NCBI GenBank assembly: GCA_024233545.1
Contig: JACKPL010000004.1
Coordinates: 83,487-147,486, forward strand
Direction of reading: 5' to 3'
From: a bacterium
GTDB lineage: Bacteria; Auribacterota; Auribacteria; Auribacterales; Auribacteraceae
DNA length: 64,000 nt
Positions 19,545-28,321 of this stretch are shown piece after piece. Made by a program: the position numbers and the translations under genes. Numbering within the stretch: position 1 is the stretch's first letter; every line of letters starts with the position of its first letter. The notes under the pieces were generated by a model, which ran no database searches, was not told the origin of the DNA, and saw only the letters and a list, made by a program, of their open reading frames with translations.

Positions 19545-21266
19545 TTAATTACATTCCTTATTAGTTATTTCGAAAAGAATTTTCTCAATAAATTCTTCCA
19601 ATGTGATAGTTAACAAATCCTTTTTCCTTCGATGGCGTACACATACTTTACGCTGTTCGTGTTCTTTTGCGCCGATTACAAGCATATAGGGTATTTGTTC
19701 CAACTGAGCTTTACGGATTTTCTGCCCGAGTTTTTCATCGCTGAAATCTACATCGGAACGAATACCGTTCTTTTTTAATGTATCGTAAATTTCCTGGGAA
19801 AAGTTTAATTCATTGTCACTCAGGTTGATAACCCGAACTTGAACTGGCGACAACCAAACAGGAAACGCGCCGGCATAGTGTTCAGTCAAAACACCCATGA
19901 AACGCTCCATACTGCCTAAAACAGTACGGTGTACCATTACCGCATGATGGTCTTTGCCGTCGCTCCCAACATAAGTAATATCAAAGCGTTCCGGCAGATT
20001 AAAATCGACTTGAATTGTCGGCCCCTGCCATTCTCTGCCTAAAGCATCAACCATTTTGATATCGATTTTAGGTCCGTAAAACACGCCTTCCCCGGGATCG
20101 ACTTGATACGGTATTTGAAGCGATTCGAGCGCATTTTTCAGTGCGGCAGTCGCAGTTTCCCAATTATCATCACTACCGACAGATTTTTCCGGACGGGTAC
20201 TTAGGTACACATTGTATTTGAAGTTAAAAGTGCTCATCATAAATGCCGCAAATTTAACAACTCCGGCTATTTCATCTTTAAGCTGGTCAGGAGTACAGAA
20301 TATATGAGCGTCATCTTGCGTGAAACCGCGCACCCTAAGCGTACCGTGAAGCACACCGCTTCTTTCATATCGATACACTGTTCCTAATTCTGCCCACCGC
20401 AAAGGAAGTTCACGATAGCTTCGTATTCTGGATTTATAGATCAGTATATGCCCCGGGCAATTCATCGGTTTAAGGATATATTCCTGCTCATCTACATCAA
20501 TGGGCGAATACATATTTTCGCTGTAAAAATCAAGATGCCCGCTTGTTCTCCAAAGGTCAGATTTCATAATATGAGGGATATAAAGCAATTCGTATCCCTT
20601 TTTGAGGTGTTCCTCGCGCCAAAACGATTCGATCAGATTACGGATACATGCGCCCTTGGGATGCCAAAAAATCAGCCCCGGCCCAGCGCCTTCCTGAACA
20701 CTGAACAAGTCAAGCTCTTTGCCGATTTTCCGGTGGTCGCGTTTTTTTACCTCTTCAAGAAAATCAAGGTATTCTCGCAATTCTTTTTTCGAAGGAAATG
20801 CCGTGCCGTAAATACGCTGGAGCATTTTGTTCTTTTCGCTCCCCCGCCAATATGCACCGGCAATTTGCAGAAGCTTAAATGCTTTAATTTTTCCCGTACT
20901 GTGAACATGGGGGCCTTTGCAGAGGTCTTCAAAGGTATCCTGTTTATAAAGGCTGACTTGGTCTTCTCCAAGATCGTCAATAATCTCGACTTTATATTTT
21001 TCTCCAATCGATTCGAAATACCTCCGTGCCTCATCGCTTTTCATATACCGTATATTAAAGGAAAAATCTCCATCGATAATTTGCTGCATGCGCTCTTCTA
21101 TTTTAGCGAAATCATCAGGCGTAAAAATATGTTCTGTATCGAAATCATAATAAAACCCATCTTTAATTGGAGGGCCGATTGCCAATTTAGTATTTGGGTA
21201 AAGTTCAGTTACTGCTTGTGCCATTACATGCGCCGTACTATGCCTCAGTTTTTCTAAATCATTCAT
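19545..21266 (-). CDS. thrS: threonyl-tRNA synthetase, short form without an N-terminal TGS domain
   Basis: Start chosen at MNDLEKLRHSTAHVMAQAV.. (GGAG 6 nt upstream). Class II motifs and an anticodon-binding C-terminus. The protein begins at the editing-domain HxxxH region. Confidence 0.9.
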   Translation of the reverse strand: MNDLEKLRHSTAHVMAQAVTELYPNTKLAIGPPIKDGFYYDFDTEHIFTPDDFAKIEERMQQIIDGDFSFNIRYMKSDEARRYFESIGEKYKVEIIDDLGEDQVSLYKQDTFEDLCKGPHVHSTGKIKAFKLLQIAGAYWRGSEKNKMLQRIYGTAFPSKKELREYLDFLEEVKKRDHRKIGKELDLFSVQEGAGPGLIFWHPKGACIRNLIESFWREEHLKKGYELLYIPHIMKSDLWRTSGHLDFYSENMYSPIDVDEQEYILKPMNCPGHILIYKSRIRSYRELPLRWAELGTVYRYERSGVLHGTLRVRGFTQDDAHIFCTPDQLKDEIAGVVKFAAFMMSTFNFKYNVYLSTRPEKSVGSDDNWETATAALKNALESLQIPYQVDPGEGVFYGPKIDIKMVDALGREWQGPTIQVDFNLPERFDITYVGSDGKDHHAVMVHRTVLGSMERFMGVLTEHYAGAFPVWLSPVQVRVINLSDNELNFSQEIYDTLKKNGIRSDVDFSDEKLGQKIRKAQLEQIPYMLVIGAKEHEQRKVCVRHRRKKDLLTITLEEFIEKILFEITNKECN

Positions 21267-21292
21267 TTTAAACTCCATATGTATCATAAACC

Positions 21293-21350
21293 AAAAAACC
21301 CATTTCTATTCAGATATATTTCACATAGGTGAAACTGAATATGAAACGGG
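21293..21350 (-). terminator. long imperfect hairpin plus U6: intrinsic-terminator-like element between tRNA-Val and thrS
   Basis: Minus strand reads CCCGTTTCATATTCAG..(TTTCAC CTAT GTGAAA)..CTGAATAGAAATGGG TTTTTT. The U-tract ends about 27 nt before the thrS ATG. Confidence 0.55.
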
Positions 21351-21418
21351 CTCTTATTTCCGCACTGTTAAATTTTTCTTAAAGTTCATGCAAATCAATG
21401 TAATTATTTTGGTTTTAA

Positions 21419-21495
21419 TGGTGGGCGATACTGGAATTGAACCAGTGACCCCCTGCGTGTCGAGCAGGTACTCTAACCAGCTGAGCTAATCGCCC
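21419..21495 (-). tRNA. tRNA-Val (anticodon GAC), CCA encoded
   Basis: Cloverleaf by hand: GGGCGAT TA GCTC AGCTGGTTA GAGT A CCTGC TCGACAC GCAGG GGGTC ACTGG TTCAATT CCAGT ATCGCCC A CCA. Confidence 0.85.
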
Positions 21496-21520
21496 ACACC
21501 ACGATATCGAATCGTGTAAC

Positions 21521-21550
21521 ACTATATAAACTGGCATTTTATTATGTCAA
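21521..21550 (-). promoter_or_regulatory. sigma70-like promoter for tRNA-Val
   Basis: Minus strand reads TTGACA, 18 nt, TATAGT. It ends about 25 nt upstream of the tRNA 5' end. Confidence 0.45.
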
Positions 21551-21629
21551 GATAAATTCTCGAATTGTGCTTTAAGAATGAAAGTTTTTTATTACGAAAG
21601 CAAAACTCCTTGAGCTTCTTGTTGTAGTA

Positions 21630-21659
21630 TTGACAAAGATAACTCCTGTGTTTTAAAAT
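21630..21659 (+). promoter_or_regulatory. sigma70-like promoter for nadA
   Basis: TTGACA, 18 nt, TAAAAT, about 65 nt upstream of the nadA ATG. Confidence 0.45.
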
Positions 21660-21724
21660 AGAGTTTTCTCAATACTCAAGCGCATTTTAACTGCGTATCA
21701 CATATAGGGAGGTTTAGAATACTC

Positions 21725-22795
21725 ATGATAACTCAAGTTCACGATAAAGTATCCGATGCAGAATATATTGACCGCATACTGCATATAAAAAAACAGCAAG
21801 ATACTCAATTAGTAATTTTGGCACATTATTACCAGAGGAAAGAAATCCAAAAATTAGCTGATATCCGCGGAGATTCATATGAATTATCCCGCAAAGCATC
21901 TCAGGTTATGGATGCACGGCACATTGTGTTTTGCGGCGTGCATTTCATGGCGCAAAGCGCGGCTACGCTTTGCCGCGACAACCAAATTGTTCATCTGCCG
22001 GCATTGAATGCTGGATGCCCTATGTCCGATATGGCACATATTGATGAAGTGTCTCGAGGGTGGGATGAAATAACCAAAATCATGCCCGATACAAAATTTA
22101 TTCCTATTACTTATATGAACTCAACCGCAGAGATTAAAGCATTTTGCGGAGAGCGAGACGGCATCGTCTGCACATCTTCCAACGGAGACAAAATATTGAA
22201 TTGGGCACTGAGACAGGGAGAAAAAATATTCTTTTTTCCCGATGAACATCTTGGACGAAACATGGCAAACCACTTGGGTATTCCACGCGATCAAATGACT
22301 GTATGGGATCCAAAAGCCGAACCGTCTTATGAATCGCTTGATGCATTGAAACGAGCAAAAATAATCCTTTGGAAAGGATTTTGCCATGTGCATACTTTTT
22401 TTAAGTCCAAACATATAGAAGCAATTCGTGAAATGCTCCCGGGTGTTGTTGTTATTGTCCATCCTGAATGTACTGAAGAAGTTCTTGCGCTATCCGATTT
22501 GAGCGGTTCCACTTCATTCATCGAAAATTATTGCAGAGAAGCTCCTGACGGCGCAAAAATCGCAATCGCAACAGAAGTAAATATGATTGATAAGTTAGCT
22601 GATCAATATCCTACTAAAACTATTGTTGAAGTGCGCCGTTCTTTGTGTCCCAATATGTATAAAAATAACTTGCGCAACCTTACTGAAACACTTGAAGGGC
22701 TCGGTTCACACAACATAGTAACAATACCCGATCAAATCCGAAAATATGCGCGAACAGCATTATTGCGAATGATTGAAGTGACTGAAAACAATTAG
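21725..22795 (+). CDS. nadA: quinolinate synthase
   Basis: 356 aa. ..ILAHYYQRKEIQKLADIRGDSYELS.., ..VHFMAQSA.., ..CPMSDM.., ..IVHPEC.., ..CPNMYKN.. Confidence 0.9.
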   Translation: MITQVHDKVSDAEYIDRILHIKKQQDTQLVILAHYYQRKEIQKLADIRGDSYELSRKASQVMDARHIVFCGVHFMAQSAATLCRDNQIVHLPALNAGCPMSDMAHIDEVSRGWDEITKIMPDTKFIPITYMNSTAEIKAFCGERDGIVCTSSNGDKILNWALRQGEKIFFFPDEHLGRNMANHLGIPRDQMTVWDPKAEPSYESLDALKRAKIILWKGFCHVHTFFKSKHIEAIREMLPGVVVIVHPECTEEVLALSDLSGSTSFIENYCREAPDGAKIAIATEVNMIDKLADQYPTKTIVEVRRSLCPNMYKNNLRNLTETLEGLGSHNIVTIPDQIRKYARTALLRMIEVTENN

Positions 22796-22920
22796 TGATG
22801 AAGCCATTTACTGGCAACTGAAGATAAGCGGATTTTTATCAGAAAGATACTCAGCCGATACAACATCACATTGGCATCTTTGAGCTGAAGCAGTTTTGCC
22901 GCGCTGATATCATTTTTCAT
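22792..22920 (-). CDS. hypothetical 42-aa protein (weak call)
   Basis: ATG preceded by AAGGAG with a 6-nt spacing. MKNDISAAKLLQLKDANVMLYRLSIFLIKIRLSSVASKWLHH*. Its stop overlaps the nadA stop codon on the opposite strand. Confidence 0.25.
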   Translation of the reverse strand: MKNDISAAKLLQLKDANVMLYRLSIFLIKIRLSSVASKWLHH

Positions 22921-23038
22921 TGACGACTCCTTAAAATGGTCTGGCAGAAACCACTACTATTATTACTTATGTCGGAAAATCTGGAGTTTTTTTTACATAA
23001 TTTTTTAATAAACATTGTATTGTTATTTTATATTCAAT

Positions 23039-25771
23039 ATGGAGTTCTTATTGAAAGAGAAAATTTTTTTAATTGACGGAAGCGCTTTGGCATACCGCTC
23101 TTATTTTGCTTTTTTGCGGTCTCCTTTGATAAATTCTAAAGGCGAAAATGTAAGCGCGGTATACGGTTTTTTAAATGCGCTCCGCTCGCTTATTGAACAG
23201 GAATCGCCTCAATACCTTCTCATTGCTTTTGATACGGGAAGCCCAACATTCCGCCATGAACAATATCCCGCCTATAAAGCTACTCGCGAGAAAATGCCGA
23301 CCGAATTAAGCGGGCAACTGCCAAGAATCGATCAGCTACTTGACGCATTCAATATTTGTGTCATAAAAAAAGACGGCGTTGAAGCGGATGATGTCATCGG
23401 CACTTTAGCAGTAAAAGCCGCCGCTGAAGGGCACGATGTTTTTATCGTAACTGGCGACAAAGATTTTATGCAGTTAGTCAATGATAAAATAAAAATATAT
23501 GATATCCGTACTATTTCGGGCGAAACTGATATTATCGATCGTGAAAAAGTGAAAGAAAAATTTGGTGTTTATCCTGAAAATGTAACCGATGTGCTTGCTC
23601 TAACAGGCGACTCGTCGGATAATGTTCCGGGCGTCCCTCAGATAGGGCCGAAAACAGCGCTTAAGCTGTTAGAAAACAAAAAATCGCTTGAAGAATTGCT
23701 CGCCTCGATTGACACTGTACAGCCAGAAAGAATCCGTCAAAAACTTGCCGATAATATCAACTATGCCCTTATATCCAAACAACTGGTAACTATCAAAACT
23801 GATGTTGGACTGCCGGTTTCTATTGATGATATGGCGTTAAAAGAGCCTGACACTCAAAAGCTTGCCTCGTTTTACCGAGATATGGAATTCACAAAATTCC
23901 TTAACGAATTAACTGTATCTATCCCAAAAGAACATCCCGTTATGTACACGCTGGTTGATACTGCCGAACTATTTACCGTGTTTTTTTCACGTCTTTCAAA
24001 AAGTACTTTTTTTGTTTTCGACACTGAAACCGATTCCGTTAACCCTTTGACAGCAAAACTTGTCGGTATGTCGTTTGCATTTGAGGAATACGAAGCATTT
24101 TATATCCCTTCATCGGTTTCCTCCGCCCCAGAACAACGCGACCTTTTCTCTATAGAAGAGCCTTCTCTATTCGAAACAGTCTTGCATTCAATAAAACCGA
24201 TACTTGAAAACCCTGAAATTAAAAAATGCGGTCATAATATAAAATATGACGCAATGGTGCTCAAAAAATACGGTATTTCTCTCAACGGTGTTTATTTTGA
24301 CACAATGATTGCATCGTATTTGCTCCGCCCGACAATCCGGCACCATAATCTCGATGCGGTAAGCTTGTTTTACCTTAATTTCAAAAAGACGCCCACATCG
24401 GATTTAATCGGCTCGGGGAAAAATCAAATTACGATGGATAAGGTTGACATTCAAAAAGTATCTTCTTACGCTTGCGAAGATGCTGATATTACGTTGCGTT
24501 TGCACAATACGCTCCGCCCGATGCTCGAAAACGCAGGACTGCTTACCTTGTTTGAATCCGTGGAAATACCGCTTATTGAAGTTCTTACTGCAATGGAACT
24601 CGAAGGTATTTCAGTCGACGTTCCTTTTCTAAAAGCAATGTCCGACGAACTGCAAAAAAATATTATAAAAACTGAGCAGGAAATTTATACTCTTGCCGGT
24701 GAAGAGTTCAATATCAAATCCCCTCAGCAAATTTGTGCCGTGCTTTTTGACAAGCTTGCAATTCATAAACAGCTTAACATCAAACTGCGCAAAACAAAAA
24801 CCGGCTATAAAACAGATGTTGAAGTGCTCGAATCGCTTGCAGAACATCCTCTCCCTCGCCTAATAATAGAATATCGGCAATTAACCAAACTTAAATCAAC
24901 GTATGTTGATACATTGCCCGAACTGCTTAACCCTATCACACATCGGCTTCACACTTCCTTCAATCAAACAATCACTGCCACCGGACGCCTATCAAGCAGT
25001 GACCCGAACTTGCAAAACATACCGGTTAGAACAGAACTCGGTAAAAGGATACGTCAAGCTTTTGTTGCTTCTGCTCCGGATAAAAAACTGGTCGCGGCAG
25101 ATTATTCGCAAATTGAATTGCGGCTTCTCGCTCATTTATCACAAGATAAAACTTTATTGGACTCGTTTAGGCACCATCACGACATTCACACAATGACTGC
25201 CTCATTGATTTTCGATGTGCCCATTGGATTAGTATCCCCAGAATTGCGGTATAAAGCGAAAGCCATAAATTTCGGTATTATATACGGTATGGGACAAGCA
25301 AAACTAGCGCGAGAAACGGGCATCAGCCAAAAAGAAGCAAAAGAATTTATTCAGGCGTACTTCGAAAAATACCCCGGTGTAAAACAGTATATTGACGATA
25401 CACTTGAAAAAGCGCGCAAAGACGGTTATGTAAACACTATGCTCAACAGAAAACGCGAGATACCTGAAATCCACAGTGAATCGTCCATGATCCGGTCTAA
25501 TGCTGAAAATATTGCCGTCAACACTCCTCTTCAAGGAACATGCGCCGATTTAATTAAACTTGCCATGATCGATATTTATAAAAAATTCCGTTTGGGGCGC
25601 TACAATTCAAAAATGCTTCTTCAGATACATGACGAACTTCTCTTTGAAGTACCTGACTGCGAAATCAATTCCGTAATTCCCATCATAAAATCATCTATGG
25701 AAAATGCCATCAAACTTGATGTTCCTATCGAAGTAAAAATTCATGCCGGCACCAACTGGATGGAAGTATAG
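23039..25771 (+). CDS. polA: DNA polymerase I (5'-3' exo, 3'-5' exo and polymerase domains)
   Basis: ..LIDGSALAYRSYFA.., Exo I FVFDTETDS, ..HNIKYD.., polymerase motifs ..DYSQIELRLLAH.. and ..QIHDELLFEV... Start set at MEFLLKEKIF. Confidence 0.95.
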   Translation: MEFLLKEKIFLIDGSALAYRSYFAFLRSPLINSKGENVSAVYGFLNALRSLIEQESPQYLLIAFDTGSPTFRHEQYPAYKATREKMPTELSGQLPRIDQLLDAFNICVIKKDGVEADDVIGTLAVKAAAEGHDVFIVTGDKDFMQLVNDKIKIYDIRTISGETDIIDREKVKEKFGVYPENVTDVLALTGDSSDNVPGVPQIGPKTALKLLENKKSLEELLASIDTVQPERIRQKLADNINYALISKQLVTIKTDVGLPVSIDDMALKEPDTQKLASFYRDMEFTKFLNELTVSIPKEHPVMYTLVDTAELFTVFFSRLSKSTFFVFDTETDSVNPLTAKLVGMSFAFEEYEAFYIPSSVSSAPEQRDLFSIEEPSLFETVLHSIKPILENPEIKKCGHNIKYDAMVLKKYGISLNGVYFDTMIASYLLRPTIRHHNLDAVSLFYLNFKKTPTSDLIGSGKNQITMDKVDIQKVSSYACEDADITLRLHNTLRPMLENAGLLTLFESVEIPLIEVLTAMELEGISVDVPFLKAMSDELQKNIIKTEQEIYTLAGEEFNIKSPQQICAVLFDKLAIHKQLNIKLRKTKTGYKTDVEVLESLAEHPLPRLIIEYRQLTKLKSTYVDTLPELLNPITHRLHTSFNQTITATGRLSSSDPNLQNIPVRTELGKRIRQAFVASAPDKKLVAADYSQIELRLLAHLSQDKTLLDSFRHHHDIHTMTASLIFDVPIGLVSPELRYKAKAINFGIIYGMGQAKLARETGISQKEAKEFIQAYFEKYPGVKQYIDDTLEKARKDGYVNTMLNRKREIPEIHSESSMIRSNAENIAVNTPLQGTCADLIKLAMIDIYKKFRLGRYNSKMLLQIHDELLFEVPDCEINSVIPIIKSSMENAIKLDVPIEVKIHAGTNWMEV

Positions 25772-25896
25772 CTGTTCATAACACAAAATTTTTAAAATTC
25801 CTATATACTATCTCATATCAAAATGTTACACTGTTTACCCTAGTTAAGTAATTTAGGAAACCGTTTCTCTAATTCATGAATGCAGGAGCCCTGACA

Positions 25897-28302
25897 ATGA
25901 GCAGTAAAGACCAAAAATCCCCTAACGCCAAGGAAATCGACCAAATTCAAAAGAGGTACAAAAAATACAACCTTTCTGGAGTCGAAACCCTCGCTATTGC
26001 TGATACACCATATGAACTGCTCTACTCTCCCACCGAAAAAATCCCGACAATTATTGTAGATAATTTCCCGAAATTAGGAAAGCTTGCCGCTCTGCGGTTT
26101 ATAGAATGGGTTCAGGAAAATCCGGATGGAGTAATTTCTTTGCCAACGGGAAAAACGCCGGAGCATTTTATCAAATGGGTTCAGCATTACCTCCGGAATT
26201 GGGATAATAAAGACACCGCTAAAGACCTTGAAAATAACGGCATTAAGATAACCCTCAAACCGGCAATGAAAAATTTGCATTTCGTCCAGATAGATGAGTT
26301 TTATCCAATGAACCCTAATCAACATAATAGTTTCAATTATTATGTTCAAAAGTTTTATCTGAAAGGATTTGGGCTTGACCATAAAAAAGCGCTCCTCCTC
26401 GATTGTTCAAAAATCGGCTCTACGCCGGAGAATCCAGCGCTGAAAGTGTTTGAAAGTAAAAAAGTCGACCTGTCGTTGCGGTACCGCAAACCAAAAAATT
26501 ACCTTGAGGTTCTTCAAAAAAGAGCTGTCGAATTAGTTGATCAATTTTGTACCGACTATGAAGAAAAAATACGACAGCTTGGCGGTATCGGTTTTTTCCT
26601 TGGCGGCATAGGCCCTGATGGGCACATAGGATTCAACGTTGCCGGTTCCGACCATTATTCCACTACTCGTTTAACTCATACCAATTATGAAACTGAAGCG
26701 GCGGCGGCAGGCGACCTTGGCGGCATTGAGGTTTCGCGCGGCAGGCTCGTCATTACCATTGGGCTCAATACGATTACGTATAATAAAAACGCTACTGCAA
26801 TTATTATTGCCGCCGGCGAAGCTAAAAGCGGCATTGTTGCAAATTCTATTGAAAGTGAAAAAAGCATTGCATATCCTGCATCCGTTTTACAGCGGTTGCC
26901 GAATGCCCGGTTTTATATCACCCGCGGCGCGGCAACAGGACTCAACGAGAGAGCGGCGGTCGATTTAGATTTATCGGAAACCCTCAGTCACGAACAAATA
27001 GACCGTATTGTGATCAACACTTCTTTTAACGCGAACAAACCGATTATGGAACTATCGGAAGCAGATTTTAAAAACGAGCCTTTCGGCAGGATTTTCCTCA
27101 AAAAAGCCAGCAGTAATTGGAAATCACTTAAAGAAGCGACCATCGGCAGGATTCAGCACAATTTAAATGAAGGGTTGCATTATCACGAAAACAAAACATT
27201 TCTCCATACAGCTCCGCACCATGACGACATTATGCTTGGCTATTTGGCACATATTCAAGATTTAATTGTCAATCCCACAAACAAACATCATTTTGCATAC
27301 ATGACATCGGGGTTTACTGCTGTAACAAATTCGTATGTTTGCGGCTTGCTCGAAACTATGCTGAAATATATTAACGATGGATATTTTGCTCCCCTGCTCA
27401 ACACTGATTATTTCGACTCCAAAAATATGGATGCGAAAAACACCGAAGCAATGATGTACCTTGACGGCGTCGCACGTGGCTGGACAACCTTAAAAAAGGA
27501 GGGGCACTCACGGCGGATGCTGAGAAACATTATGCTGGTTTTAGAAGATGATAACATCGACAACATCAAAGAACGAACCGAAGAACTGATTAACTATTTC
27601 AATACCCAATACCCGGGCAAAAAAGATTTGCCGTATATTCAGCAACTTAAAGGAATGGTTCGCGAATGGGAAGCCGATTTGGTATGGGCGTATTTCGGCT
27701 TTACAACCGACTCTGTAAGCCATTTGCGGCTCGGTTTTTATAAAGGAGATATTTTTACCGAAGAACCGACTATGGAACGAGATGTCCCGCCTATTCTCAA
27801 TTTATTGAATCAAGTAAAACCGGATTACGTTTCGCTCGCACTTGATCCTGAAGGAAGCGGACCGGATACTCATTACAAGGTATTGCAGGCAACAGCTCAT
27901 GCCCTCAAGATATATGAAGAACAAACCGGACGCAAAGATATTCGAGTTTTGGGATACCGCAATGTATGGTTTAAATATCATCCGTGCGAAGCAAATATGT
28001 ATATTCCTGTTTCGCTATCGAAATTGGCAGTTCTCGAAGACTCGTTCCTTGAAGCATTTGCATCGCAGAAAAACGCATCGTTCCCATCGTATGCGTTTGA
28101 CGGCCCGTTTTCCGGCCTTGCGCGGAGAATTCAAGTGCATCAATATGTACAGATAAAAGATTTACTGGGTCCGCAATTCTTTGTAAAAAATCAAGACAAC
28201 AGATTGCGAGCAACACACGGTATGGTATTTCTTAAGCGGCTTACCATAAAAGAACTATGCGACTTTTCCGCTCAAATGCGAAAGTCAACTGAAAATCGGT
28301 AA
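25897..28302 (+). CDS. fusion protein: NagB-like glucosamine-6-P deaminase/isomerase domain plus LmbE/PIG-L-like de-N-acetylase domain
   Basis: N-terminal half: ..ISLPTGKTPEHF.., ..FVQIDEFYPM.., ..GGIGPDGHIGFNVAGS... C-terminal half: ..HTAPHHDDIMLGYLAH.. (AHPDD-type motif) and ..DPEGSGPDTHYKV... AGGAG Shine-Dalgarno before MSSKDQ. Confidence 0.65.
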   Translation: MSSKDQKSPNAKEIDQIQKRYKKYNLSGVETLAIADTPYELLYSPTEKIPTIIVDNFPKLGKLAALRFIEWVQENPDGVISLPTGKTPEHFIKWVQHYLRNWDNKDTAKDLENNGIKITLKPAMKNLHFVQIDEFYPMNPNQHNSFNYYVQKFYLKGFGLDHKKALLLDCSKIGSTPENPALKVFESKKVDLSLRYRKPKNYLEVLQKRAVELVDQFCTDYEEKIRQLGGIGFFLGGIGPDGHIGFNVAGSDHYSTTRLTHTNYETEAAAAGDLGGIEVSRGRLVITIGLNTITYNKNATAIIIAAGEAKSGIVANSIESEKSIAYPASVLQRLPNARFYITRGAATGLNERAAVDLDLSETLSHEQIDRIVINTSFNANKPIMELSEADFKNEPFGRIFLKKASSNWKSLKEATIGRIQHNLNEGLHYHENKTFLHTAPHHDDIMLGYLAHIQDLIVNPTNKHHFAYMTSGFTAVTNSYVCGLLETMLKYINDGYFAPLLNTDYFDSKNMDAKNTEAMMYLDGVARGWTTLKKEGHSRRMLRNIMLVLEDDNIDNIKERTEELINYFNTQYPGKKDLPYIQQLKGMVREWEADLVWAYFGFTTDSVSHLRLGFYKGDIFTEEPTMERDVPPILNLLNQVKPDYVSLALDPEGSGPDTHYKVLQATAHALKIYEEQTGRKDIRVLGYRNVWFKYHPCEANMYIPVSLSKLAVLEDSFLEAFASQKNASFPSYAFDGPFSGLARRIQVHQYVQIKDLLGPQFFVKNQDNRLRATHGMVFLKRLTIKELCDFSAQMRKSTENR

Positions 28303-28321
28303 AATCTGCGCTTAAAATATC

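Noticed and set aside
20448-21257. 269-aa ORF on the plus strand inside thrS. Similar long antisense ORFs occur at 16624-17181 (in pheT), 11797-12198 (Ser-rich, in rny), 36085-36390 (in ribBA) and 41944-42237 (over rpsU).
   Set aside because: They lie fully antisense to genes with unambiguous conserved protein products. They have Phe/Lys/Ile/Ser-rich low-complexity composition typical of shadow frames in AT-rich DNA, and they have no Shine-Dalgarno.
21660-21724. NAD+-responsive (nadA-motif) riboswitch upstream of nadA.
   Set aside because: The leader after the predicted promoter is only about 55-65 nt and lacks tandem CAACA / ACANCCCC-type elements as far as I can recall that consensus.
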